Source of the DNA: the human T2T-CHM13v2.0 reference genome, Homo sapiens
Length of the DNA stretch: 64,000 bases
Assembly: GCF_009914755.1 (NCBI RefSeq)
Contig: NC_060931.1
Reading direction: 5' to 3' (one strand)
Shown: piece after piece, positions 1-14,273 of the stretch
Numbering within the stretch: position 1 is the stretch's first letter
Layout of the letters: every line of letters starts with the position of its first letter
The notes under the pieces: generated by a model
The model's database searches: none
What the model saw: only the letters and a program-made list of their open reading frames with translations
Told to the model about the DNA's origin: nothing
Translations under genes and position numbers: made by a program

Positions 1-254
1 TTGCCTCAGGAGGTGTTCATGTCTTCATTCACCCCGAAACATTTATTGAGCTGTTGCATTATACCAGTCTTGCTAGACACTAAAGACACAATGATGACTA
101 ACATGGCCACTTCCTGCAAAGAGTTCAGAAGTCCATTGGAGGTCATGAGATCACTTATTTGCAGAGACAGGATGACCAGTAATGTAGAATGCCAAGGAAG
201 AGAAGCAGGCACTGGAAAGAAAGAAGTCTGGACTACAGGGACTCTGAGGTTGCT

Positions 255-723
255 GTCTGTGTTAATGAAGGGAACACTAGCTGCTGTAATAATCAAACCT
301 AAAAAATGTCTTATGGCTGAAGCCTGAAAGAAAGTTTATTTCACACTTATCTGACATTCACCATGGGTGTGGTAATAGTGGCTGATAGTGGTGGTTCTCT
401 TCCAAGTGGTAATTCAAGGAACTAGGCCACTTCTATCTTGTGATTCTCCCACCTTCACGTCTTCAACATGTGGCACTGACAGGCAATGACATCCTGCTAA
501 CAGACAGGGAGAGAACATGGAGGATTGTGTGGGGAGGTTTTTATGGGCTGGACCTTAGAACAGAGAAGTGGTGCACATAAACTCTGTTCACATTCTATCC
601 ACTAGAATTTAGTTGCATGGCCACCATCTAGCTGCAAGGGAGGCTTAGAATTTAGTTGAGCTGTTTTCCTAGCAAAAAGAAGAACCAGGTTTTGACGTAT
701 CACTAGCAAATCTTCTACCACAC
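255..723 (-). mobile_element. Old MaLR solo LTR (MLT1K/L-like)
   Basis: Degenerate MLT1-type motifs (gtaattcaaggaactagg, ggccaccatctagctgcaagggaggct, ends ctaccaca); recognised by eye. Confidence 0.6.
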
Positions 724-976
724 TCTCCAACTCTGAGATTCTATGATTATGGTGGCAGAACCAAGACAGGAATTTTTAAGGGGTGCTGGGGAGGGTGGCA
801 GGGTACTCCATTTATTTATTTTTAAAACTTTTTATTTCATTTATTTATATTCATAATTGACTAATAAAAATCATATATATTTGTGGTGTACAATATGATG
901 TTTTAATATATGCATACATTGTGGAATGGCTAAATCAAGCTAATTTACGTATTATGTGTTACCTCATATGCTTATC

Positions 977-1280
977 TTTTTCTTTTTTTTTTTCAGACAG
1001 GGTCTCACTCTGTCACCCAGGCTGGAGTGTACTGACACGATCATAGCTCATATCTCACTGCAGCCTCAAACTCCTGGGCTCAAGTGATCCTTCCACCTCA
1101 GCCTCCCAAGTAGCTAGGGCTATAGGTACATGCCACACCCAGCTGATTTTTAAATTTTTTATAGAGACAGGGGTCTTGCTAGGTTGCCCAGACTGATCTC
1201 AAACTCATGACCTTAAGCTATCTTCCCACCTCGGTCTCCTAAATTGCTAGGATTACAGGTGTGAGCTACCACACCCAGCC
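977..1280 (-). mobile_element. AluJ-like, inside an antisense L1M 3' fragment
   Basis: Poly-T followed by reverse-complement Alu dimer. Confidence 0.9.
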
Positions 1281-1368
1281 CTCATTTTTTATGGCCAGAA
1301 AGGAATTTTGAAGTTTTCTTGTTTGATACCAGAGTCATCCCATCCCATGTTTACATTAAATGTCTTCC

Positions 1369-1503
1369 TGGATTGGATACGGTGGCTCATCCCTGTAATT
1401 CCAGCACTTTGGGAGGCTGAAATGGGAGGATTGCTTAAAGCCAGGAGTTTGAGACCAGCCTGGTCAACCTAGTGAGACCCTATCTCTTAAAAGAAAAAGA
1501 AAA
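1369..1503 (+). mobile_element. Alu left monomer (FLAM-like)
   Basis: Left arm only, with A tail. Confidence 0.8.
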
Positions 1504-1549
1504 CCTTTCTGTTGAAGGTGTCCTATTAATAATATATTGTTAACTTTTA

Positions 1550-1860
<311 letters not shown>

Positions 1861-1999
1861 TAATGGTGACTATTATAAGTAAAGTTCCCCCCCGCCAGGG
1901 ACCTGCCACTTCAGAATACTATAAAGTTAAAAGGCTACCTACAAATTAAGGGGAGGTAACTCTCCTTAATGTATAAGGAGCAGACTGTGAAGCTGCTCT

Positions 2000-2545
2000 A
2001 GGTCTACTAGTAATCGTGTCTAACAAATCAATAATTAAAAGGCAAATACTCAAATATAAATATTGGCAAAGGATATAAATGAAAAATCATAGAAAGAGAT
2101 CTCAATAACTATCATGCAAACGTTTAAAAATTTTTTCTCCTCAAAATGAAGAGAGATAAATGAAAAATACTATCTAATATAGATAAAAGTACATGGAAAT
2201 AGGAACATTGATATTTTTCTGATGGAGATATTAGTTGGCAAAACCTTTCCAGAGGTAAATTTAGAAATATTTTAAAACATTAAACTCATTCATACGCTAT
2301 AACCTGTAACTTCACTCTACTAATTTGTCCTAATAAAATATTCAGATAAACATAACCATTTATGGCAAATAATATTAATATCAGAATTTTTATGAGCCCA
2401 GCAAAAGGTGGATTAAATGACACAGTAGGCAAATGGGATACCAAGTTGTCGTTAAAGAACTAGCTAAAAGCTAAAGGAAAATCTTGCTATCTAATGTTAA
2501 GAAAAAAGAATGATTCAAAAATAGACACAGAAATGTGTATATACC
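2000..2545 (+). mobile_element. Very old L1 (L1ME-like) 3' fragment
   Basis: A-rich, degenerate L1 ORF2-end/3'UTR motifs (ttggcaaaggatataaat, gatggagatattagttggcaaaacctttccagagg). Confidence 0.5.
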
Positions 2546-2773
2546 TTACAGACCTGGTGAATCCTGAAAGACTCTTGTTAAGACAAACTGGCTAAGAGTG
2601 ATTTAAGCTTAGAAAGACACCTTGGTCCTTCCAAGATTTAGAACTAGGCAGAGCCCTCTTCTTGCTGATATTCATCCCATGGGCCACTTTATTCATAATA
2701 GATCCTTTCATACATACTGAAAATCAGTCATGGCAGCCCTTGGTGAGCAAGTGTCATAAAGTACTCCTTAGCA

Positions 2774-3081
<308 letters not shown>

Positions 3082-3087
3082 TTAGCA

Positions 3088-3340
3088 GCCCAGGGGCGGT
3101 GGCTCACGCCTGTAATTCCAGCACTTTGGGAGGCCAAGGTGGGAGAATTATTTGAGCCCAGGAATTCAAGGCCATCCTGGCCAACATAGTGAGAACTTGT
3201 CGCTACAAAAATTTTTAAAAAGTAGCCAGGTGTGGTGGCCTGCACATGTGGTCCCAGTTGCTAAGGAAGCTGATGGCATCACTGCATTCCAGCCTGGGTG
3301 AGATCTTGTCTAAACAAAACAAAGCAAAACAAAAACAAAA
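3088..3340 (+). mobile_element. AluJ-like with right-arm deletion
   Basis: Degenerate dimer; TSD copies end at 3087 and 3351. Confidence 0.85.
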
Positions 3341-3599
3341 ACTCCTTAGCACTGTCACAACACCTAGCTTTTAAGTACTTGAACACAATTTTAGCTTTCA
3401 TCTGAATTAATGCTTGGATGATAGGCAGTCAAAGTTGATGCTAGCTCTCTAATCACATACTCAGTATTGTTTCCATTTCTTTGATTACTTTCCCTCATTT
3501 TCTGCTAATTGCTGTTCATTGCATAGACCCCGCCAGCATTTTTCACATTTTGAACCTTTTTGTCTTTCCGAATCACCCTGTTGACTAAGGATCCATCTC

Positions 3600-3835
3600 T
3601 TACCCGCTTGCAACACATGATTTTTCTTACCACATTCAATCTGTTAATCTGTTTTATTTTCATCATAATCCTAAACCTATTCTCAATAGCACATTGAGCA
3701 TTCTGAATTGTTTTTGCAATTATCAGACACTGAGGTTAATAATGTTGCAAAACACCTAAGATTAAATACAGCAAATCTGCTGGTAATGGAAAATTAGCTG
3801 GCCAAGGCTAAGATGACCACGGCCAACGGCTATTG
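3600..3835. repeat. 236-bp direct repeat, copy 1
   Basis: Matches 5087-5322 with 3 mismatches (offset 1487). Confidence 0.95.
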
Positions 3836-3916
3836 TCATCTGTTGAGGGCAGGCGAAGTTGAAACACTTTTACTTTTGGAGGAAAGTATTTTCCATCTCC
3901 GTGAAAGTTCACAGCT

Positions 3917-4210
3917 GGCTAGGTATGGTGGCTCACGCCTGTAATCCCAGCAATTTGGGAGGCTAAAGCAGGAGGATCACTTGAGGCCAGGCATTTGAGA
4001 CCAACTTGGGCACATAGCAAGACTCCATCTCTACAAAAAATTTTAAAAATTAGCTGGTTATGGTGGGGCATGCCTGTAGTCCCGGCTACTCAGGAGGCTG
4101 ACGTGTGAGGATCCCTTGAGCCCAGGAGTTTGAGACTAAAGTGAGCTGTGATTGCGCCACTGCCCTCCAGGCTGGGTGACAGAGTGTGACCCTGTCTCTT
4201 AAAAAGAAAA
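3917..4210 (+). mobile_element. AluJ
   Basis: J-type right arm (gaggatcccttgagcccaggagtttgag...gtgagctgtgattgcg); TSD gaaagttcacag(c/a)t at 3903-3916 and 4709-4722. Confidence 0.9.
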
Positions 4211-4220
4211 AGGAAAGTTC

Positions 4221-4707
4221 CTTTTTGCTATAGGCCCGAGGGGTTGCTGCTGAAATGGGCAAGTTCATGAAACCTGGGACGGTGGTGCTTGTTCTGGCTG
4301 GATGCTATTCTGGATGCAAAGCCATCATCGTGAAGAACATTGATGATGGTACCTTAGATCGCCCCTACAGCCATGCTCTGGTGGCTGGAATTGACCGCTG
4401 TCCCCACAAAGTGACAGCTGCCATGGGCAAGAAGAAGATCTCTAAGAGGTCAAAGATCAAGTCTTTTGTGAAAGTTTATAACCACAATCAGCTAATGCCC
4501 ACAAGGTACTCTGTGGATATCCCCTTGGACAAAACTGTCATCAATAAGGATGTCTTCAGAGACCCTACTCTTAAACACAAGGCCCGATGAGAGGCCAAGG
4601 TCAAGTTTGAAGAGAGATACAAGACAGGCAAGAACAAGCGGTTCTTCCAGAAGCTGCGGTTTTAGATGCTTCGTTTTGGTCATTAAAAATTAAACAGAAA
4701 AAAAAAA
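4221..4707 (+). pseudogene. RPL27: Full-length processed pseudogene of ribosomal protein L27 (eL27)
   Basis: Intronless MGKFMKPG...; ATG at 4255, premature TGA at codon 112 (4588-4590), native TAG at 4663-4665; 5'TOP-like ctttttgct start, ATTAAA at 4682, A tail, 14-bp TSD aaaaaggaaagttc (4207-4220 and 4703-4716). Confidence 0.97.
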
Positions 4708-5086
4708 GGAAAGTTCACAGATGGCCAAACTTTTCCACAGCCATGGTACCGTCCTAGTGAAGTACATTTGAGACAATAGTCATCAAATTACATATAAATA
4801 CGTAATCAACCAAAATTATTTTTAGATAGTTCAGTTGGTTTACGTTGTCTGAATTGGCGGAGTCTGGGGGTTTGATTTCTGTGTCAGTTACTTGAAGAAA
4901 AATTGTGCCACTCAAATACTCTACACCTATGTCTAGCCATGTCACAAATACCTGCTCTTCAGGGGGCCTAGATACAGTATGTCGGGAGACAATCATGTCA
5001 TTTCCGCAGTCCGTATAGAACAATGCTGTTACCGGCCTTTGTAATAATGTGTGAACCTGGACTCTGCAAACTCAAAACCTCATGTG

Positions 5087-5697
<611 letters not shown>

Positions 5698-6124
5698 TAT
5701 GGTTGGATCACAAGATTCTCCAAATGTAAAACACTAAAGAAAGTCAAAAGAGGCCCATTTTTCTAATTGAGATTAAAAAAATCGAGTGGTACCCGATTTC
5801 CCTCTACTCCCCAGGGACCTGATGACCATTAATGCCTATTGAGTTAGTTTTCGGGAATTTGCCGAAGAGCAGGTGGGTGTCACTAGAGAATACTGCATAT
5901 TTCTCAAAGTAGAGAAGGCTACAGATTCACAACTCAGCTTCTGGCTTCAAATGCAATTTTCTCCCTGTTTTCATGACCCGCTCCTCCCTCCAACGCCAGA
6001 GCTGCAGGCAGTTCTCTGAATAACACTATGTCCCTGGCCTCCTAGCTCCCATTTGAACGTTTCAGCAGGGCTCCTCTGAAGTCTGGCCCCCACCACCTCC
6101 CCTCTCACAGGCTTCTTGTTCGTC

Positions 6125-6143
6125 TGAGTCAGCCCGTGACTCA
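6125..6143. promoter_or_regulatory. Paired AP-1 consensus sites (candidate enhancer core)
   Basis: TGAGTCA at 6125-6131 and TGACTCA at 6137-6143 in non-repeat sequence; motif match only. Confidence 0.3.
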
Positions 6144-6322
6144 CCTCACTCATTAGCGGAACTCAGAATGCCTCTCCATCCTCTGGATCCCTTTTGTCTC
6201 CCTGCTTATAACTGGTTTCCTGGCAGCCTAAGGTCTATGGACAGCCTTGAAGCTAGAAGGTGGGTTGCTACTAGGATGGTCTGCTCAGTAAAGTGGTTGG
6301 CAGACAGCAAGTAGAGTTACAG

Positions 6323-6363
6323 TGACGACGGTGATGACGGTGATGACGATGATGACGATGATG
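6323..6363. repeat. Imperfect (TGA/CGA/CGG)n trinucleotide repeat
   Basis: tgacgacggtgatgacggtgatgacgatgatgacgatgatg. Confidence 0.85.
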
Positions 6364-6850
6364 CATGCAGTTGCCTCAAAAGGACTTTGGTGGCCAGATT
6401 TGGCATGTCCCCCTGTGTTGGCACAGGGGTCCTTGATTCTTGGCCCCTTCTTTTCTCTTTCTAGTCTTTTCTTTCCCTCTTCATCCGCCCCTCCTCTGCA
6501 CACATGCCCGAATGTACAAGGTGAATGCTTCTGGGCTCTGCTCTCTGTGGAAAGGCAGGGAAAAGAGCGACACCCCTACACGGCGGCACCCTTTCCTCCA
6601 GCCTTTGCAGCTCCGTTCTCATTTCTACTCATTTGATTTTACATCCCAATGCTTTCTGTTTTGTAAGAGGTGGACTAGAAGGGACGAATGAGAAAAGGCT
6701 TTACGCCTTGTTGGTGCCTCCTGGGCATATAAAAAAGCCCAGTGACATGATACTAATAAGAAACTCTAAATTCACGGTCAAAAATATCAGAACCAAATCA
6801 CTGTTATTAATTTGTTAATCTTACTTAAAGGCCTTTGTAAAATGGTGATA

Positions 6851-7516
<666 letters not shown>

Positions 7517-7629
7517 TAGTTTACTCAGCTGAATCCTGACAGCTTTCATTAAGTCTCATGATTTATTTTGAAAGGGACCTCAGAGACCATCCTGTCCACT
7601 CTTTTGTTCAATGGGCAGATGCGTGATTG

Positions 7630-7806
7630 CTGTGCACCTGTGATGGTCAAAGCCCAAGCCAGGTGCCCTAGGGCCGCACTTCTGAAGCCCCTGAGAGGCA
7701 GATCTTGTTCTGGACACCTGGGGAGGGGGCCCAAGGTCCTGCATTTCTATAACCTCCTTGGGGATGTCCGTGCCATCAGCCCACAGACCACACTTTGAGT
7801 AGCACT
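7630..7806. mobile_element. MER5A-like hAT-Charlie fossil
   Basis: ctgcatttcta...gaccacactttgagtagcact end motif. Confidence 0.55.
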
Positions 7807-8306
7807 GCTGCAGGCACTCTGCACAAAGCTAGATAGGCTTGACTTGTCACCGGAGAACATCCAGGGCCATAGGCTCCATGAGGCGGCCCTCTGCACCCTG
7901 CCTTGTCGGCTGCTGATGTTTGCTTGTGAGGCCCAGGGAATGCCAAACAATTCTTCCAAGTGCACTTGGCTTTCTTGTGTCTTCACCCCCAGCCAGGGGT
8001 GTTAAAATGAGAAGATTCGGGTTTGGGATTAGGACAAGAAAAAGGGCCCATAAAGCTTCACCCTAGACTATGAAGTCTAGTCTGGGTTATCTTAGAAGAG
8101 AGCTCTAAACCCACATTTTAGGCAGATTCTGTTTAACAATAAAGTATTTCTTTGATTGCTACAGAGATCTTCTTTTATGATTTGTTCGTTCATGTCCTTT
8201 GCTGATTTTTCTATTGCAGTCTTTGCCTTTTAATTATTGAACTGTAACAGCTCTTCATTACAATACTAAGGAAAATCCCCCTTCCTCCAATAAAGTGATT
8301 TTAGTC

Positions 8307-8444
8307 TTTTTTTTTTTTTGACTAATTTTTTGTAGAGACGGGGTTTTGCCATGTTGCCCAGGCTGGACTCCTGGCCTCAAGTGATGTGCCCGCCTCAGCC
8401 TCCCAAAGTGCTGGGATTACAGGTGTGAACCACTGTGCCTGGCT
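8307..8444 (-). mobile_element. Alu left monomer (FLAM-like)
   Basis: Left arm only. Confidence 0.8.
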
Positions 8445-8812
8445 GTTTTTAGACTTTTAACTTTATCTATTAAATTCTGAGTTTGGAATCTTGGATTCTA
8501 GGACAATCTTGCTAATCTGAGCAAGCTGCTTTGCTTCTTGTGATGTGGTTTCTTTCTGTACCTGTAGATGGAGAGGGTAAAGCTGACCTATCTCAGGGCA
8601 CTGTTGAGAGTGGAATGTGTGTGTGTGGTAGTACTGTACAGATGTAGGGCATAGTTAGCTTGTTTTCAGAGCCTCTATTAATCTGATCACTTTATTAAAC
8701 CTAGTGTGGGACATGGCAAACTGGTGTTGACAAGTACAAGTTTTGTTTTGTTCTGTTGTTTATTTTGGTTAAACAAACACTATGGAGCACTTCCAAGTAC
8801 TCTGAGTTGTAA

Positions 8813-9169
<357 letters not shown>

Positions 9170-9526
9170 TACTGAGAGCTTTATATGTGTGAAGGTGCTT
9201 GTGATTTCTGTTTACCTTTGCCCCCTCAAATACAATTATACCTTCTAAGTTGTTGACTGATGCCACTTCCACCGCTCCTAAATGTCCAATCAAAACTGCC
9301 CCAGTATGAGGCAAATGACTGGGTTGTTCCTTGGTTTCCACATTTCCTGTCTCATCTCTGTTAGAACCTTACAGCTGTTAAAATTATTTATTTCTATAGT
9401 AGAAGTTATTAGACTAGTAGTATTCCCATTTGAACTGACAGGGTTTTGTCTTAGCGTTAAGAAATAGATTTGTACATTTCCCCCATTTATGATGTTTAAT
9501 GCCTTTAACTTCTCTCTGCTACTGCC

Positions 9527-9729
9527 TTTTTTGTTTTGTTTTGTTTTGTTTTGTTTGTGTGTGTGTGTGTTTGAGACAGGGTCTCACTCTGTCACCCAGA
9601 TTGGAGTGCAGTGGCACCATCATGGCTCACTGCAGCCGTGAACTCTCGGGCTCGAGCAATCCTCCTACCTCAGCCTCCCAAGTAGCTGAGACTACTGGCA
9701 TGTGCCACCACACTCAGCTAATTACATTT

Positions 9730-9760
<31 letters not shown>

Positions 9761-9866
9761 TTGTAGATATGAGGCTTCCCTATTTTGCCCAGGCTAGTCT
9801 CAAACTCCTAGGCTCAAGTGATCTGCCTCCCTCGGCCTCCCAAAATGCTGGGATTACAGACGTGAG
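9527..9866 (-). mobile_element. AluJ-like with (TTTTG)n(TG)n tail and (TTTA)n linker
   Basis: Reverse-complement dimer. Confidence 0.85.
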
Positions 9867-11129
9867 AAGAAAAAAAAGAATATAATCAGCTACTAATAGT
9901 AAAATAGAAATGTTGAAGACAGTGTCTTGCCTCTAATTGGTATTTGTTTTTTAATAGAGTCAAAGGAAAGAGTCTCTACTGGCAAAAATGTAACTCTCAG
10001 CCAGCTAGAGATAGTTACCCCTCTATCTCTGCTGGTACCCCAGTTATCCTTTCTACAAACGAAATTGCCTTATGGGTTCTTATACTGAGCATAGATGCAA
10101 CAACAAAAAAGTCAATATTATTGACTCTCATCCATTTGCCAAGCACCGTGCTAAGTGCTTTCACATACATTTTCTCATTTAATGGATCTTTTGCTTACTT
10201 ACTGTAGGGGGTAGAAGTGAGATTGTGCCTTTGTGTTGCTCCGTCCTCTACCTAAAGGGTTTACCTCTGTGTAAACCCTTTACTGGTAGCAAGGGAACTC
10301 AATCTGAAGCAAAATCCATTTTTTTTCTCATCTCGTCCAGGTTCACCGTGAAAAGTTGGTTGGTTTCTCATTTCTGGAGAAGAGATGTGTTGCTGATTTA
10401 GGAAAAAGTGGATGGAACAGGGATGAAGGCTGAATGCTGTTTAATACCACACTATGTACCCACATGGGTGGGCACCTGCCTCTGCTGAGAGGTCTCTCTT
10501 GTCCTGGCTTCTTTCCCAGATAATCTATTATATTCTCTGGGAACAAGAATCCATATACATTCAAGTCTTCCTTTGATTTACTTACTTATCTATGAACACT
10601 GGTCACTTACCACTTTCCTCACCTTCTCCCACCCCAAGAAACCCTCTCCTGGAGAAACATAACTGGTCTTTTCCATTCCTGAGATTACCTGCCATTTTCT
10701 CCTCTTACAATGATTCCAAATCTTGGACTCCACTAAGGAAAACATAGCCTGAGTGAAGTTACACAACCAGTGAGAAAGGAATCTTCCCTGGGCAATGAGA
10801 TGAGGGCTGACTCACGATCTCAGCTCTTAGGAATGGCTCTCCAGCTGCTGACAGAGGCCACATGGGTTCAGCCATGAGGTCATTAAGGATCTCCCTGGTG
10901 ACTAACAAAATTGGGGCAGCCAGGGATAGCCAGAGCTGAGCTGGGGCAACTGACCCATTTGTTGAAGTGCCCTCCAGGATGGAGGCCAGCAGTCCAAGTT
11001 GCAATGCCTTGGCAATGTAGCACTCACAGCTGGTGCAATCTGGAGGATGATTGGCACCCAACAAAAGAAGTCTCTGGTAAAGGATGTACTTATAATCACT
11101 GTGTGGAGACATGTTTATTCCAGATGCCC

Positions 11130-11930
11130 ATTCTTCATTCTTTCACTTATACAACAGACATTTGACCTTGCTAGGCACTGAGCTGGAGGCTGGTATATTC
11201 CTTGTTCTCAAGGAACTGACAGTTTAGCAGAGAGGCACAATGGGGACAAGCACAGGAAGCATTAGGAGAATTCAGAAGAGCACTTACCTCAAATTGGAGA
11301 GTCAGGAGCGCTCTCCCAAGAATGCATGGAAGGCTTATACAGAAAGGGAGGAGAAAGGGCCCTCCAGGTAGAGTGGCAGCAGTGCCCAGCCACAGAGACT
11401 AGAGAGAACACGTAGCTCCTTGGGGATGCAAAGGGGGTTGTTGTGGCTGACATCAGAATATGCAGGGGAAGGGGCAGGAGATGCTGCTGGAGAGGGGAGC
11501 ATGGCTCAGATTATAAGTGTCCTCTTGCCCGTCATGCTGGCAGGTCAGAATTCTATCTGGAGGGGTCAGGAACCACTAACTGACTTTCTGTCAGGGAAGG
11601 AGAGGGGCAGGTCTGCCTTTTGAGGACGTTTTCTCAGTGGTTTAATGTGAAGATTGGATGCAAAGAAAGCAAGCATGAAGTACGAGGACCACTTTGTAGA
11701 ATCATGCAGTAATTGAAGAAGGAAATAATGTGGGCCCAGCCTATAGCAGAGACCACGGGGAAGCAGAAAAAGAAGACTGGGAGAGATATAAAGGAGTTGC
11801 CCCAACTGACCATGGCGATCAGCCACAGGCGAGTCCTGAAGAGCTCAGAGGGGCTTCAGCTTTGGTGGCTGGGGGGAGATGATGGGAGGAGAAGGCTTGC
11901 TGGAAGGAGATGATGAGTGCAGGCTGAAGC
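11130..11930 (-). mobile_element. L2 LINE 3' fragment
   Basis: cattcttcattc...ctaggcactgagctggagg...ttctcaaggaactgacagtttag and purine-rich L2 body; degenerate. Confidence 0.55.
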
Positions 11931-12749
11931 GGGAACCCAGGGAAGAGACCCTTCCATCGGCCTGAATATTAGTGGAGGAAGGTCAAGGCAACTCAGTGGA
12001 GTTGGGGACTCCCCCGGTGTCCCCTAAAGGAGGCTTGGTGACAATTCCAGATCCCACTAGCTAGAGAGGAAGAGGCTCCTAACACATGGCCTGGCTTGTT
12101 AAGACTGAATCTTGCAGGACCGAGGCTGCAGATGAGAGGTCTCTAGTACCTGCAGCCAAGCAGGGCCTGACAAGCTGTTTCCATGGAGATGTGGTGTACG
12201 CAGGAGGGAGTGAGTAGGAGGGCTGATCCATTCCAGAGCCTTGGGTCACAAGGCTGTGGTGGGCTAACAGATAAACAGGAAAAAGACATAGTCAATCAGA
12301 AAAGGATGTTCAAAACAATTTGCAGTTAATTGGGGGTTGTATCGTCATAATTCTAGATTAAGTCTAACAATTGAGAAGGATTGGGGTAAGCCACTTAATG
12401 ATCCTGCTAGTTATTTTAGGTACGACTTGATGAGGGCACAGGGAAGCAGATGCCGACTCAGGCTAACTCCAAATGTACGTACACCATCTTAAGTCCTTCT
12501 ACATCCCTGGACTCCAAGTTGCTGCATATCACTCCCAAGTGTGAGTAAAGTAACAGGTTTCTGGAGAAACAGGTATAGATATGGGAAGTTAATTTTTTTT
12601 TTTGTTTGCCATGCTAATAGCAGTAATACACAGAAAACCTGCAGAGCTCTTCAGAAAACTCAGATGCTGGTGAAGCCTCAGATCAGATGTTGTTATTAAG
12701 CAATTTGAAGACTGTTCTGGACAGACAGCCAGCAGCAATGGGGCCCAGA

Positions 12750-12772
12750 TGTGTGTGTGTGTGTGTGTGTGT
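12750..12772. repeat. (TG)n microsatellite
   Basis: About 11 TG units. Confidence 0.9.
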
Positions 12773-13288
12773 ACCATTTTGACCATCTTAAAGTGTATAA
12801 TTCAGTGGCATTAAGTATATTCGCAATCTTGTGTAACCACCATCACCATTATCTATTTCCAAAGCTTTACCATCTTCCGAAACAAAAACTCTATAATCAT
12901 TAAGCAAGAAATCCCCTTTGAGCACCAAAGATATTAAACGACCTTATTGTGCTGCAACAACACTGCCTACCGGGCAGGGTGATGTTTTGGTTGCTGCACA
13001 TAAGAAAGCTGGGTTGGCTTTGGCCGGTTGCTCTCAATTCACACATAGGGGTTTTTGGCCAAAGTCCTCATCTTATACATGAGCTTATTAGACCTAGTCT
13101 TTGGGAAGTGACTGACTTTAACCATTGTAATGACTGTTGGGACTTGCTGACCTCCATCTCCAAGGTATTCAAATGGCTGATGGCGGTACTTATTAAGATC
13201 AGTAAAAATGAAGTCAGGACCATAAGGCCCTCATAAAGATTCTGCTGGAGGCAAACTTTGCTCCAGAGTTAGTTGGGCATAATTGTAA

Positions 13289-13625
<337 letters not shown>

Positions 13626-13957
13626 CAACTTCATTTTAGGCAACCAAAAACAACAGTGCCTAGGGAAGATGAGGCATAATTCTGGTTTAAAATGGTAGAC
13701 CATGACCAGAAGATCAGAACCTGAAATCCCAAATGTCCTATTCCCCTTTTTTCACAAATTATATATAGGCCAAGTTTCAGTCTGGAGTTCACAAACTCAA
13801 AGCAGCAATAGCCCAAAAGCCCGGACAGATACCTCACAGATGCATGGTGTCCACCACGAAGAACAGTAGGGGGAAAAACAATGGACTTGATTTAATGAAA
13901 ATTGCTCCACTATAAACACAATGTAAACCACATGCATTGTTTTGGGGATCATAGTGA

Positions 13958-14273
<316 letters not shown>

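Noticed and set aside
4255-4590. Functional RPL27 CDS
   Set aside because: Intronless, with poly-A and TSD, a premature stop at codon 112 and several missense changes.
3350-5030. Bornavirus N or G (EBLN/EBLG) as the source of the viral-like segment
   Set aside because: Isolated resemblances exist (IENRFRIMM versus IKKRFKTMM; GCGKVW versus GVGVVW) but are not collinear over the length, whereas paramyxovirus-type N motifs match in order and spacing across many blocks. A phylogeny should still test this.
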